DNA of 64,000 nucleotides, from assembly GCF_009914755.1 (NCBI RefSeq), contig NC_060939.1. The stretch is one strand, 5' to 3'. This stretch comes from the human T2T-CHM13v2.0 reference genome, Homo sapiens. Within the stretch, counting starts at the first letter, position 1. Each line of letters opens with the position of its first letter. Position numbers and translations under genes: made by a program. The notes under the pieces were generated by a model that saw only the letters and a program-made list of their open reading frames with translations, searched no databases and was not told the origin of the DNA. Positions 42,745 through 60,084 of the stretch are shown piece by piece.

Positions 42745-43633
42745 CTATCAAGATCAATCTTGAAAGTTAGGAAAATACAAAAAAGGAGGAAATTTTTAAA
42801 AATTCCCAGATGCTTCAGAGTAATTTTTTTTTGCCAATCTTGACCCCTCTCACAGTGAAGGTGTAAAATATACAAAAGTGACCCCTGTATAAGCTTCTGG
42901 CATAGATTCTTATTGACCTGAGGGAGAAAATACTTCTCCAGTTTATATCACCACTGAGACAAGATCATAGACTATGACCCTTACTATGGTTTGGAGAAGT
43001 TCTCAGAGGTGAGGAGAAAAGAACCTTGATGTTGCTTTGAGTATGGAACGTAGTTCCTCAGCAAAGCATTTTTGGAGTTTACTAGTTTCCTTGTCTGCAG
43101 GAAGTTTTTGCTTAAATATTTATTGCTCAAATATTCCCTGTCGGCAGAGAGCTTCTGTATTCCATTTCTTTGGTACTTACAACAAAGTTTGTGTCATTTT
43201 CTTTGAAATGCGATTTTTAAAAAATAATTTAGTCTTATATTTTGGGGACCTGGTTTCATTTGATCACGTTCTCCCCTTGGCAATGGGGTCCTTTCCTCTT
43301 TCTACATATTCCCCACAGGTTTAACTGAAATAATTATTACTTCCTCTCTGAAAAAAACTATTTCCTTTACATTAAGTATTTCTAGGGCACATACCATGTG
43401 CTATCCTCATCAAACCACATTAGGAATTTTAGGAAGGCCATGAGGTATAAGACATGTCTCCTACCTGCCTTCCCACTGGCCTGCCCCACCCCTCCTCCAC
43501 TTTCATCATGCCCAGGGGCCACTGAAGGAGCCAAGATTCCTCGGGGATTTAATTGGGTGGCCACAGATAACACAGCGAAATAATACTATGACCACAGTGA
43601 GATAACACTGTGACTCAGTTAAGAAGCCAGTGT

Positions 43634-43935
<302 letters not shown>

Positions 43936-44237
43936 AAGAAGCCAGTGTAACAGGGTAAGAACAAGGCTTTGGAGTTAGACAAATGGGGTTTCAAATCTCA
44001 GCCTTGGCACCTGCTGGTGATTTGGGAGTAGTAAATTAACCTCTCTGAACTTAGTTACATCACTTCTCAGATGGAGATAATTATAACATCCTCATGTGGT
44101 TGTTGGGGAGTAGAAATTCTAATGAACTATACAAAGCACCTATTAGAGTGCTTTTGTATAGAATAGATGCTCAACAAATGGTAGATACTACCATGTGTTC
44201 AGCACTGTGTGACAACTGTGAGATAGAGAAAGAGTTG

Positions 44238-44412
44238 AGCCAGGCATGGAGGGGTGTTCCTATAGTCCAAGCTACTCTGGAGGCTAAGACAGGAGGATCA
44301 CCTGAGCCCAGGAGGTCGAGGCTGCAGTGAGTCAAGATTTTGCCACTGCACTCCAACCTGGGTATCAGAGCGAGACTCTGTCTCAAAAAAGTAAAATAAA
44401 ATAAAATAAAAT
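44238..44412 (+). mobile_element. Alu right-arm monomer
   Basis: Single arm with (TAAAA)n tail. Confidence 0.85.
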
Positions 44413-44528
44413 ATAAAGTTGGAAGAAAAATGAAAAAACTGTTGGCCCTGTTTATAGAAGCTGTTCTAGTTGAGGAATCAAACCTAGCACATAAAAAATA
44501 ACTGTAGCATGTTAAAAATGGCATATAA

Positions 44529-45187
<659 letters not shown>

Positions 45188-45339
45188 ATAATAGAATATA
45201 ATGACTATAGAAATAAAATGAGACTATGCATGTAAAATGCTTGACACCAAAGTGCCTTACATATAGTAAATACTCAATAAATGGTAGTACAGTAGTTATT
45301 ATTATTAACAATAACATTCTCCTAGATTCTTTCTAGAAT

Positions 45340-46310
<971 letters not shown>

Positions 46311-47286
46311 TGGGATTTTGGAATATATCTGTACATAGAGCTTTGAGTTTACAAGAAGAGAAGACTATTCAATCTTTACAATGAGTAAGTTTTCTAAAGT
46401 AAATTATGGAAAGGACCCTAAAATACCCTTTCCATCATTTCACCCCTCCTCCCAAATTGGCCCTATAAAAAAGACCCAGGAAGAAGACAGAGCCCCTTCT
46501 GTAACCTGAGGTTGAGCAGAGGGTCATGGAACAATTCATCCTGCTTCTTCCCTTTAGAAGAACAGCCATCCCAGGGAAAAGACATGGAGAGCTTGAGCCT
46601 GATACTAATTTTTAATCATTCCGTGCTATAAATTCCCTCTGGAGGACAAACAGGCATCTGTCTTGACATTAAGAGGCTCTTGTGTCACCCAAATCCTTTA
46701 ATTATTCATGCAACAAGGAAGATCCTTTATGAGCCCCAACCAAGCACTCCAAGAGCCTGATCCAGTTGTCCCTAGATGCAGTCTGTCTACCTGGCCACAC
46801 TTGCCCAACCTGGCTTAACTTTGGTGTCTCCAAAGCCCAGGATGATATCTCAGAAAGAGAACTTGGTGTGGAGTTTAGCAGAATTTGGAGTGAAATGGAA
46901 GGCAGGATAACCTAGAGCTCATGTGCCATCCTCTGTAAGTGATTGTACAAGATGAGGTGTTTGGAAACAGTGGGTTTTCACCCCAGCCATGCCTGTGATT
47001 AGAGGGAATAGCCACTGGCCCCTCAGTTGCGCTTGCTGGTAAAGTTGCTTTCCTACAGGCTGTTTTAGGAAAGTAGCTAGGAGTAAAAGAAAGGTGAGAT
47101 TTGGAATCCTCCGGCAGACAGAAATCCTACTGTGTGTACCTTATAAGTTACTTAAACTTATAAGTCCCAACTTCATCTATTTATAAAAATTGGGGCTTCA
47201 ACGAGATGACAAATGTATAAGTCCTAAGCATAGTGCCAACTACGTAGATGCTTAGGAAATGTTAGTTTCCCTTCCCTTTCCCAGAA

Positions 47287-48785
<1,499 letters not shown>

Positions 48786-49069
48786 ATCAGTCCAGATTAT
48801 TTAAAAATTTTGATATCTTAAACTGTGTGAGCTATGAGACCGTGGCCGGTGTGAGGCTTGTGAAGGATCACACCTACTACCACAGTTTATTCACCAGGAC
48901 CTGAGCCAGTGCTTCTAAGTCCTAACTGGCTGAATTTGCTTATGCCTAGAGGGACCAGAACCTCAGTCAATGACACATGTTCACAGCCTTGTGGCTGGAG
49001 TCCCCAACTTGCAGTGAAGTAAGATTGTCCACAGATATATTTCACATTGTTTTGAAATTTCACCTAAGC

Positions 49070-49690
49070 TAGGGTGTCTCAATTTCGGCATTACTGACAC
49101 ATTGGGCTGGGGAATTCTTTGTTGTGAGGGGCTGCCCTGACCCTTGTAGAATGTTTAACAGAATAACTGGCCTCTGCCCAGTAGATGCCAGTGGCACTCC
49201 CAGTTCAACCAATTCTGCCGACAAAGTTTCCCCAAAAGACAATGCCCCTCCATAAAAGAAAACACAAGCACATTTGTATTGTGGGGCCTAGCTACATAAC
49301 CTGTGGGCCTCAAACTAGCAGCCTGAAGGATGCCTGGAAGCTCATTACAAATGGAGAATCTCAGGCCCCACTCAGACCTAGAAATCAGGATCTGCCTTTC
49401 AGCAAGATCCCCGGGTGATTCATCTGCACAATCAAGTTTGAGAATCACATTCATGGAGTTTATACAAACTGCACATCTGCGTGTGACTGGAGTGGGGCCA
49501 GCTCTGTTTCTCAAGGGTGGGAGGGGGATTACTGCCATTTTGGGTGGGACAATGTGTTGTTGTGTGGGATTGTCCCATGCTTTGTGGGACAGACTATCCC
49601 ATCCCCATTAAATGTTCACAATGCTCCCCAGTGCCCAAGACAAGTAGACATTCCCTCTAAGACTTGGTGGAGTAGAGCTGCCCTGAGGTG
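49070..49690. mobile_element. Cluster of old hAT MITE fragments (MER20-like, MER5A-like)
   Basis: AGGGTGTCTCAATTTCGGCATTACTGAC...TTCTTTGTTGTGAGGGGCTGCCCTG; AATCTCAGGCCCCACTCAGACCTA...AAGTTTGAGAA. Confidence 0.6.
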
Positions 49691-50728
49691 TGAACCCCGG
49701 AAGAGGAGAGTCCCTCCACTCTTAAGACCTTGGATGAATGCAATTTGCCTGACAATAGGACTGCCTGTCCACAGATGGGTCTGGGAGGAAAGGAAAGATG
49801 CAGAAGTTAAAACATCACAGTGCTCTTCATCACGGCTTCAAGGGGTTAGGGGCTTGCTAGGAAGTGCCAGGTGATAAGTACTGGCCAAAGGGGAGCCAGG
49901 GCCATGAGCCTGGCATATCCCAGGCAATGTCCAAGCTAGGAGCATTGAGGAGTGGAACAGAGGAGATATAGGAGCCCTCCGGGAGAAGCAGGAATTACAA
50001 AGTGCTGCCCAACCAGTCAGACCAGCTGGGCCGGTTCCCCCTGAGTCCTGGCAGCCTTAACGGGCTCTTTAGAATAAAGCCAATGATTGAAAACACTTTG
50101 GCATCCCAGAGCTGTGCCTGGGCTGAGGAAGGAAATGGATACAGGTGGGTGAGGTGTCCATTTGGTAGGAATAACATCACAGGTGGGGTGTACACCCCCT
50201 GTGATATTGGGAGTAATATCATCCTCTCCCAACGTGGATATTGGGAACAATATCACAGGGGCCTGTACACTTCCTCGATATTGGTAGTAATACCATCCTC
50301 TCCCCCTTGCATATAAGAAACAGTATGTCAGGTGGGGTGGACCCCCCCCCGCCCCGCGATATGGGGAGTGATATCACCCCCCTCTCCCTCCCTGGATACT
50401 ATGATCCATGGTGGACACACAGCGTGTTTACGATATTGTGAGTAATATCATCTCCACCTCTGGAAATTGTGAACATTATCACAGACGGGTGTACACCCTC
50501 TCCAACATCACAAGTAATATCATCCTCTCCCCCCTGGGATATTAGAAACAATATCAGAGGAGTGTTTCTATCAGAGGAGTGTCTACCCCCTGGATATTAG
50601 GATCAATATCACAGGGTGGGTGTACACCTACTGCCATATTGAAAGTAATATCATGCTCTCCCTCCCCGGATATTAGGAACTATATCACAGGTGGGTGTAC
50701 ACCCACCATGGTATTAGGAGGAATATCA

Positions 50729-51038
50729 TTATTAATCACTAGTCATTTATTACCAATATTAATTTAAAAGAACATTAACATTAATATTAACTTCTAATAT
50801 TAATATGAACAAATAATTGTTAACATTACTATACTATTAATATTAATATTAATTATTAGCTAATAATGTTATTTTATACATATTTGTGTATATAGAAGAT
50901 CAGTATTATCAACATCAGTCATTATTATTAATAATTAATATTAATAAATTTTGTTATTAATATTACTGGTTAATTATAATTGTTATTGATTTTAATAATT
51001 ATATTAATTATTGATTATTAATAATAATTATTAATATT
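50729..51038. repeat. AT-rich core 1 between inverted satellite arms
   Basis: Strongly AT-rich; many ATTAAT/AATATT palindromes. Confidence 0.9.
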
Positions 51039-54000
51039 ATTCCTGATATCTAGGGGGTCGAGGATGACATTGCTTCCTATATCGCAGAACATGTAAACTC
51101 CCCTGTGATGTTGTTCCTAATAACCAAGGGTAGAGGATGACGTTCCTCCAAATATCGCAGGGGGTGTACATCCCTTCTGCGATCTTGTTGCTAATATCCA
51201 GGCGGGGAGAGGACGATATTAATCCGAATATTGCAGAAGGTGTAGACCTCCCCTGTGATATTGTCCGTAATATCCAAAGGTGGAGAGGATGATATACCTC
51301 CCAATTTCGCAGGGTATGGATACCACCCCTGTGATATTGTTCCTAAAGTCCAGGGGTAGAGAACATGATAAGACTCACAATAAGGCAGGGGGTGTGCACC
51401 CCCTCCATGATATTGTTCCTAATAGTCAGGGGGGAAGAGTATGATATTACTCCCAATATTACAGGGGGTGTGCATGCCCCCCTGTGATATTGTTTTTAAT
51501 ACCCAGGGAGGGAGAGGATGGTATTACTCCCAATATCGTGGGGGGTGTACACACCCCCTGTGATATTCTTCCTAACATGAAGGTGGGGAGAAAATGATAT
51601 TACTCCCAATATCGCAGAGGGTGTACACCCTTCCTGGGATATTGTTCCTAATATAAAGTCGATGAAAGGGTGACATTAGTCCCAATATGGCAGAGGGTGT
51701 GCACCCTTCTGGCATATTGTTCCTAATATCAAGCAGGGGAAAAAATGATATGACTCCCAACATCGCAGGTACTGGACACCACCCTGTTATTTTGTTTTAA
51801 ATATCCAGGTTGGGAGAGGTTGATATTACTCCCAAAATCGCAGGGAGTGTAGACTCCCCCCTGTGATATTGTTTCTAATATCCAGGGGAAGAGAGGACAT
51901 ATGACTCCCAATACCGCAGAAGGTGTACATCCCGCTGTGATGTAGTTCCTAATATCCAGAGGGGGCAGAGCATGATATTACTCCCAACATCTCAGTGGGT
52001 GTACAGCTCCCTCTGATATTGCTCCTAATTTTCAGGGGGTAGAATACGATATTACTCTCAATATAGCAGAGGGTGTACACCCCCCGCTTTGATATTGCTC
52101 CTAATATTCAGGGGAAAGAGCATGATATTGCTCCCAATATCGCAGTCTGTGTACACCCACCCTGTGATATTTTTCCCTATATCCGGGGAGGTGGAGAGAA
52201 TGATACTACTCCCAATTTTCAGGCAGCATACTCCGCGACTCTGATATTGTATTCTATCCCCATGGGAGGAGAGGATGATGTTGCTCCAGTATGGAAGAAG
52301 GTGTACACCACCCCTGTGATACTGTTTATACTATGAAGGTTGGGAGAGGATGATATTAATGCCAATATTGCAGGAGGTGAACACCCCGCCTGTGATATTA
52401 TTCCTAATATCCAGGGGAAGAGAGAATGATATTACTCCCAATAGCGCAGGAGGTGTACACACCCCTGTGATATTGTTCCTAATATTTAGTGGGGGAGACG
52501 ATGATATTACTGGCCAAATCACAGGGGGCATACACGCCCTCTGTTAAATCGCTTTTAATATCCAGGGGTTAGAGGATGATATTACTCCCAATATTGCAAT
52601 AGGTGGATATTCCTTCTTTGATATTGTTCCTCATATACAGGGGGAAGAGCATGATATTAACCCCAATATCTCTTGGGGTGTACACCCCCCTATGATATTG
52701 TTCCTAGGATCCTGGCGGGGGGGTGTCCATGATATTACTGACAATATAAGAGGGTGTGTACACCACCCCTGTAATATTGTTTTTTATGTCCAGCAGTGAA
52801 GAAATAGATATTACTCCCAAAATGGAACGGGCTGTACAGCCCCCATGAGACATTGTTCCTAACATCCAGGGGGCGAAGGATGATATTACTCCCAATTGTG
52901 CAGCGGGTCAATCATTCCCCTGTGAAATTGTTCCTAATATCTAGGAGGGGTGAGGATGATATTAATTTCAATATCGCAGGGAGTGTACACCGCCCCTGTG
53001 ATATTGTTCTCAATATCCGTGGGAGTAGAAGATTATGTTACTCTCAATATCGCAGGTGGTGTGCACCCCACCCCCGTGATATTCTTTCTAATATCCAGGT
53101 GTGGGGAGGATGATATTACTCAGAATATCGCAAGTGATGTCCACCCCTTCTGTGATATTTTTCCTACTATTTCTGGGGGGAAAGGATGACATTATTCCAG
53201 CTATCGAAAACAGTGACCACGCCCCTGTAATATTCATCCCAATGCCCTGGTTAAGAGCGGATGACATAACACACAATATCGCAGGGTGGGGTGTACACTC
53301 CGTCTGTGATATTATTTCTAATATGCAAGAAAAGACAAAATAATATTACATCCAAGAGCTCAGGGGGTGTACACACACTGATATTTTTCCTAATATCCAG
53401 GGAAGGAGAGGATGACATTACTGGGCATAAGGCAGGAGGTGTGCGCCCTTCTGTGATACAGCTCCTAATAATCAGTGGGAAAGAGGACAATACTAATCCC
53501 AATATCGCAGGAGATGTACAGCCCCCCTATGACATAGGTCCCAAAGTACCGCAAAAGAGAACAGAATTACTGCCAATATCGCAAAGCGTGTAAACAACCC
53601 TTGTAAATTTTTCCAAACATGCAGCGGGGTACATATTAATAATACCCCCAATATGGAAAGCAGACACCCCCCGCCATGCGGGGAGTAATATCCCCCTGCC
53701 TCTCCCCGCCTGGATATTACGATCCACGGTGGACACACAGCGTGTTTACGTTATCGTGAGTATTGTCTTTTCCGCCTCTGGAAATTACCAGCTGTGTCAC
53801 CTACGGGTGTACACCCTCTCCAGTATTTGCAGTAACACCATCCTCTTCCCATTGGATGTTAAGAAGCATATCAGAAGAATATTTCTACCCCCAGTGACAT
53901 TCGGTGTAATATCGTCGTCTCCCAGGTTGAGATTAGGAACAATATCACTGGGGGCGTGTACACCCCCTGTGATATTGAAAATAATATCATCCTCTTTTCT

Positions 54001-55208
54001 ACTGGATCATGGCACCAATATCACTGCTGGGTGTACACTTTCTGCAATATTGTGACTAGTATCATCCTCTCTGCCTTTTAATATTTAGGGCAATATCCCA
54101 GCGTGGATGTACACCTCCTGCTCTATGAGGAGTCATATCATCCTCTCCCATCCTGGATATTAGGAACAATATCATAGGGTGGATGTACACAGCCTGCGAT
54201 ATTGACTGTAATATCATCCTCTCGCCCTCCGGATATTAGGAACAATATCTCAGAAGTGGTGTACACTCCCTGCGATATTGGGAGCAATATCATCCTCTCC
54301 CTGGTTGACATTCAAAACAATATCACTGGGGGCGTGTTCACCCCCGCGATATTTAAAGTCATATCATCCTCTTCTCTCCTGGATCATGGGCACAATATCA
54401 CTGGGGGTGGGGGGGGTGTACACTTTCTGCGATATTGGGAGTAAGATCACCCTCTCCGCCTTGCAATATTAAGGAAAATATCACGGGGGCCCATGTACAC
54501 CCCCTGCGATATTAGGAATAATATTATCCTCTCGTTCCCTGACTATTAGGAAAAATATCATAGAGTGGCTGTACACCTCCTAGGATATGGGGAGTAATAT
54601 CATCTTCTCTTCTTCTGGATATTAGGAACAATATCACACGGGGTTATACACTTTCTGCGATATTGGGAATAATATCAACCTCGCCGCCTTTGAATATTAA
54701 GAACAATATCACAGGGTGGATGTACACCCCCTGCGATATTGGGAGTAATATCAGCCTCTCCCCTCCGTGGATATTAGGAACAATATCCCAGGGTGGGTGT
54801 ACACCTCCTGCTATATGGGGAGTCATATCATCCTCTCCCTTGCTGGAAATTAGGGACAATATTGCAGGGTGGTTGTACACAGCCTGCGATAGTGGGAGCA
54901 GTATCATCCTCTCCCCCTCCGGATATTGGGAACAATATCACAGAAGGGGCGTACACTCCTTGCGATACTGGGAGTAATGTCATTCTCTTCTTCCGTGAAT
55001 ATTAGGAGCAATGTCACCGGGTGGATGTACACCCACTGCTATATTGGGAGTAACGTCATACTCTACCCCCTGGATATTAGCATCAATATCACAGGGTGGG
55101 TGTACACCTACTGCCGTATTGAAAGTATTATCATGCTCTCCCTCCCTGAATATTAGGAACTATATCACAGGTGGGTGTACACCCACTGTGGTATTAGGAG
55201 GAATATCG

Positions 55209-55844
55209 TTATTAATCACTAATCATTTATTATCAATAGTGATTACTAAGAACATTAACATTAATATTAATTTCTAAGATTAATATGAACAAATAATTGT
55301 TAGCATTATTAGACTACTAATATTAATAATAATTATTAGTAGCTAATAATGTTATTTTATACATATTTGTGTGTATATAAGATCAGTATTATTAACATCA
55401 GTCATTATTAATAATTAATATTAATAAATTTTGTTATTAATATTAATGGTTGATTTTAATCGTCATTATTATCGTTATTGTATATATAAGATCAGTATTA
55501 TTAACATCAGTCATTAATAATTAATATTAATAAATTTTGTTATTAATATAATGGTTAATTTTAATCATCATTATTCTCGTTATTGTATATAGAAGATCAC
55601 TATTATTAACATCAGTCATTATTAATTAATATTAATAAATTTTGTTATTAATATTAATAGTTAATTTTAATCATCATTCTCGTTATTGTATATAGAAGAT
55701 CAGTATTAACATCAGTCATTATTAATAATTAATATTAATAAATTTTGTTATTAATATTAATGGTTAATTTTAATCGTCATTATTATCGTTGTTGATTTTA
55801 TTAATTATATTAATTATCGATTGTTAATAATAATTATTAATATT
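55209..55844. repeat. AT-rich core 2, containing 4 tandem copies of an approximately 105-bp unit
   Basis: GATCA(G/C)TATTA anchors at 55381, 55490, 55595 and 55698. Confidence 0.92.
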
Positions 55845-58490
55845 ATTCCTGATATCCAGGGGGTCGAGGATGACATTGCTTCCTATACCTCAGAACACGT
55901 ACACCCCCATGTGATGTTGTTCCTAATAACCAGGGGGTAGAGGATGACGTTACTCCAAATATCGCCGTGGGTGTACATCCCTTCTGCGATCTTGTTGCTA
56001 ATACCCAGGCGGGGAGAAGACGATATTAATCCCAATATTGCAGAAGGTGTAGACCTCCCCTGATATTCAGGGGAAAGAGCACGATATTGCTCCCAATATC
56101 GCAGTCTGTGTACGCCCACTCTGTGATATTGTTCCCTATATCCGGGGAGGTGGAGAGAATGATACTACTCCCAGTTCTGCAGGCGGCATACTCCTGGCCT
56201 CTGATATTCTATTCTATCTCCAGCGGGGAGGAGAGGATGATACTACTACCAGTATTGAAGGAGGTGTTCACCACCCCTGTGATATTGTTCCTAATATCCA
56301 GTGGGGGAGACGATGATATTACTGGCCAAATCACAGGGGGTTTACACCCCCTCTGTTTTTCTTTTTTTTTTTTAATATCTAGGGGGCAAAGGGTGATATT
56401 ACTCCCAATATCCCCAATATCGCTGTGGGTGTACATCAACCCCGTGGTATTGTTCCGAATATCCAGGGAGGGAGAGGATATTACTGTCAATATCGCAATA
56501 GGTGGACACCCCTTCTTTTATATTGTTCCTCATATACAGCGGGGAGAGCATGATATTAATCCCAATATCGCTAGGGGTGCACACCCCTCTATGGTATTGT
56601 TCCCAATATTTTGCAAGGGATTTATGATATTACTGGCAATATAAGAGGGTGTGTACACCACCCATGTAATATTGGGGTTTTTTTGTCCAGCAATGAAGAA
56701 ACTGATATTACTCCCAAAATGGAACGGGCTGTACAACCCCCATGAGGCATTGTTCCTAACATCCAGGGGGCGAAGGATGATATTACTCCCAATGTTGCAG
56801 CGGGTGAATCATTCCCCTGTGAAATTGTTCCTAATATCTAGGAGGGGTGAGGATGATATTAATTTCAATATCGCAGGGAGTGTACACCGCCCCTATGATA
56901 TTGTTCTCAATATCCGTGGGAGTAGAAGATTATGTTACTCTCAATATCGCAGGTGGTGTGCACCCCACCCGTGATATTCTTTCTAATATCCAGGTGGGGG
57001 GAGGACGATATTACTCAGAATATCGCAAGTGATGCCCACCCCTTCTGTGATATTTTTCCTACTATTTCTGGCGGAAAGGATGATATTACTCCTAGTGTCA
57101 AAGGGAATGTACACGCTTTCTGTGATATTGATCCTAACATTTAGGGTAAAAGAGGATGATATTACACACAATATCGCAGGGGTGTGGTGTACGCTCCGCC
57201 TATAATATTATTTCTAATATGCAGGAAAAGAGAGAATACTATTTCTTCCAGTAGTGCAGGAGGTGTACACACCCTGTGATAATTTTTCTAATATCCAGAG
57301 AAGGAGACGATGACATTACTGGCCATATCGCACAAGGTGTGCACCCTTCTGTGACATTGTTCCTACTATTCAGTGGGAAGGAGGATAATTTTAATCCCAA
57401 TATCGCAGGGGATGTACAGTCCCCCTGTGTATAGTTTCTAATGTACAGGGAAAAGAGAATAATATTACTTCCAATATCGCAAAGCGTTTAAACACTCCTT
57501 GTATATTTTTCCTAATCTGCAGTGGGGTACAGGTTGATATTATTTTCAATGTCGCAGGGGGTGTCCATACCCCCTGTGATATTGTTCCTAATATCCAGCG
57601 GGAAACAGGCTGATATCACTCCCAATATCGCAGTGGCAGTACACCACCCATGTGATATTGTTCCTAATATCCACGCGGGGAGAGGATATTACAACATCAC
57701 AGGGGGTGTACACCCCTTCTGTGATATGCTTCCTGATATCCAAGGGGTGAGTGGATGATATTATTCCCAATAGCGTAGGAAGTGTACACCCATCCTGTGA
57801 TACTGTCTCTAACAACCACATGGGGAGAGGTGATATTATTCCCAATATTGCAGGAGTTGTTCACCCCGCCTATGATATTGTATTTTTTATATACAGTGGG
57901 GGAGAAAATGGCATTACTACCAATATTGAAGGGATGGACACCCCACAAGATATATTGTTCTTAATATCCGGGTTTAAAGAAGATGATATTACTCCCAATA
58001 TAACAGGGGTTGTACACCCACCTGTGATATTATTCGTCAAATCTAGAAAAAGAGAGAATGATATTACTTCCAATAGTACAGGGGATGTACACCCCCCCGT
58101 GATATTTTTTATAATATCTAAAAGAAGAGATGATGATATTACTCCCAATTCCACAAAAGGTGTACAACCCCCCGTGATATTGTTCCTAATAACTAGTGGA
58201 GGACAGCACGATATTACTTCCAATACCACAGTTTCTGTACACACCCCCTGTGATAGTGCTCCTAATTTCTAGGGGTTACACTGTCATATTACTCCCAATA
58301 TAGCAGTGGGTGTACACCCAACCTGTAATAATGCTCTGAATATTCAGGGAAACACAGGATGATATTACTCCTAATATCGCAGGGAGTGTACACCCCTTTT
58401 GTGATATTGTTCTTATAACCTCAGGAAAAGAAAACGATATTGTGTTCAATATCGCAGGCTGTGTACACCCACCCTGTGAAATTGTTCCTA

Positions 58491-59429
<939 letters not shown>

Positions 59430-59500
59430 TACTTTTATTTGGAATTGCACAAATATTTTTGGTTCCTAAGACCAATGGATAACTCTCATCCTCTAAAAGT
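59430..59500 (-). pseudogene. NUMT copy of mt-tRNA-Leu(CUN)
   Basis: ACTTTTAGAGGATG...ATCCATTGGTCTTAGGAACCAAAAA...CCAAATAAAAGTA; anticodon TAG. Confidence 0.92.
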
Positions 59501-59559
59501 TGAGAAAGCCGTGTTGTTAGGCATGGGGGCCTGAGTTAGTAGTTCTTACGTACTTTCCT
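59501..59559 (-). pseudogene. NUMT copy of mt-tRNA-Ser(AGY)
   Basis: ...AAGAACTACTAACTCAGGCCCCCATGCCTAACAACACGGCTTTCTCA; anticodon decayed GCT>ACT. Confidence 0.9.
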
Positions 59560-59628
59560 GGGAAATAAGAAGTTGAAGGCTTCTATTATTAGACCCACAA
59601 TCTAACGTTTTGATTAAACTATATTTAC
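59560..59628 (-). pseudogene. NUMT copy of mt-tRNA-His
   Basis: GTAAATATAGTTTAATCAAAACGTTAGATTGTGGGTCTAA...; anticodon GTG. Confidence 0.92.
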
Positions 59629-60084
59629 AGGTTAGAAATCCTATAATAATTTTAGGATTTAGAGATCGTAGGACAATGGGTGAAAGGTGTATACATATTA
59701 GTATATTTTCTCGTGTAAAGGATGGTTTAATGCTGTTAATATAGTATGTAAGTGCTCCTCGTTGTGTTGTGACAAGTATGTAGAGGGAATAAATGGCTGT
59801 GATTAATATATTAAGTCCTATGAGCATGATAGTAATGTTTGATCAGGAGGATGAAGCCATTGTTACAAGGAGTTCTCCTATTAGATTAATAGTGGGGGGT
59901 AGGGCAAGGTTGGTGAGATTTGCTGTAAGTCATCAAAAGGCTATTAGTGGAAGTCAAGTTTGAAGTCCTCGAGAGAGTAATATGATTCGGCTGTGGTTTT
60001 GCTCGTAGTTTGAATTTGCTAGGCAGAAAAGTAAGGACGAAGTAAGTCCGTGGGCAATTACGAGGATAATTGCGCGGGTAAAAC
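59629..60084 (-). pseudogene. NUMT: 3' part of mitochondrial ND4
   Basis: GCCCACGGACTTAC...TGCCTAGCAAATTCAAACTACGA; peptide LITAIYSLY...TTQRG...KPSFTREN; mitochondrial gene order ND4-His-Ser-Leu-ND5 preserved. Confidence 0.95.

Noticed and set aside
50002-58272. Many Ile/Leu-rich ORFs (e.g. 56087..56644, 57751..58272)
   Set aside because: Periodic translations of the satellite monomer on both strands; no coding signature
59430-59628. Functional tRNA genes
   Set aside because: Mitochondrial-type tRNAs in a decayed NUMT, one with a mutated anticodon
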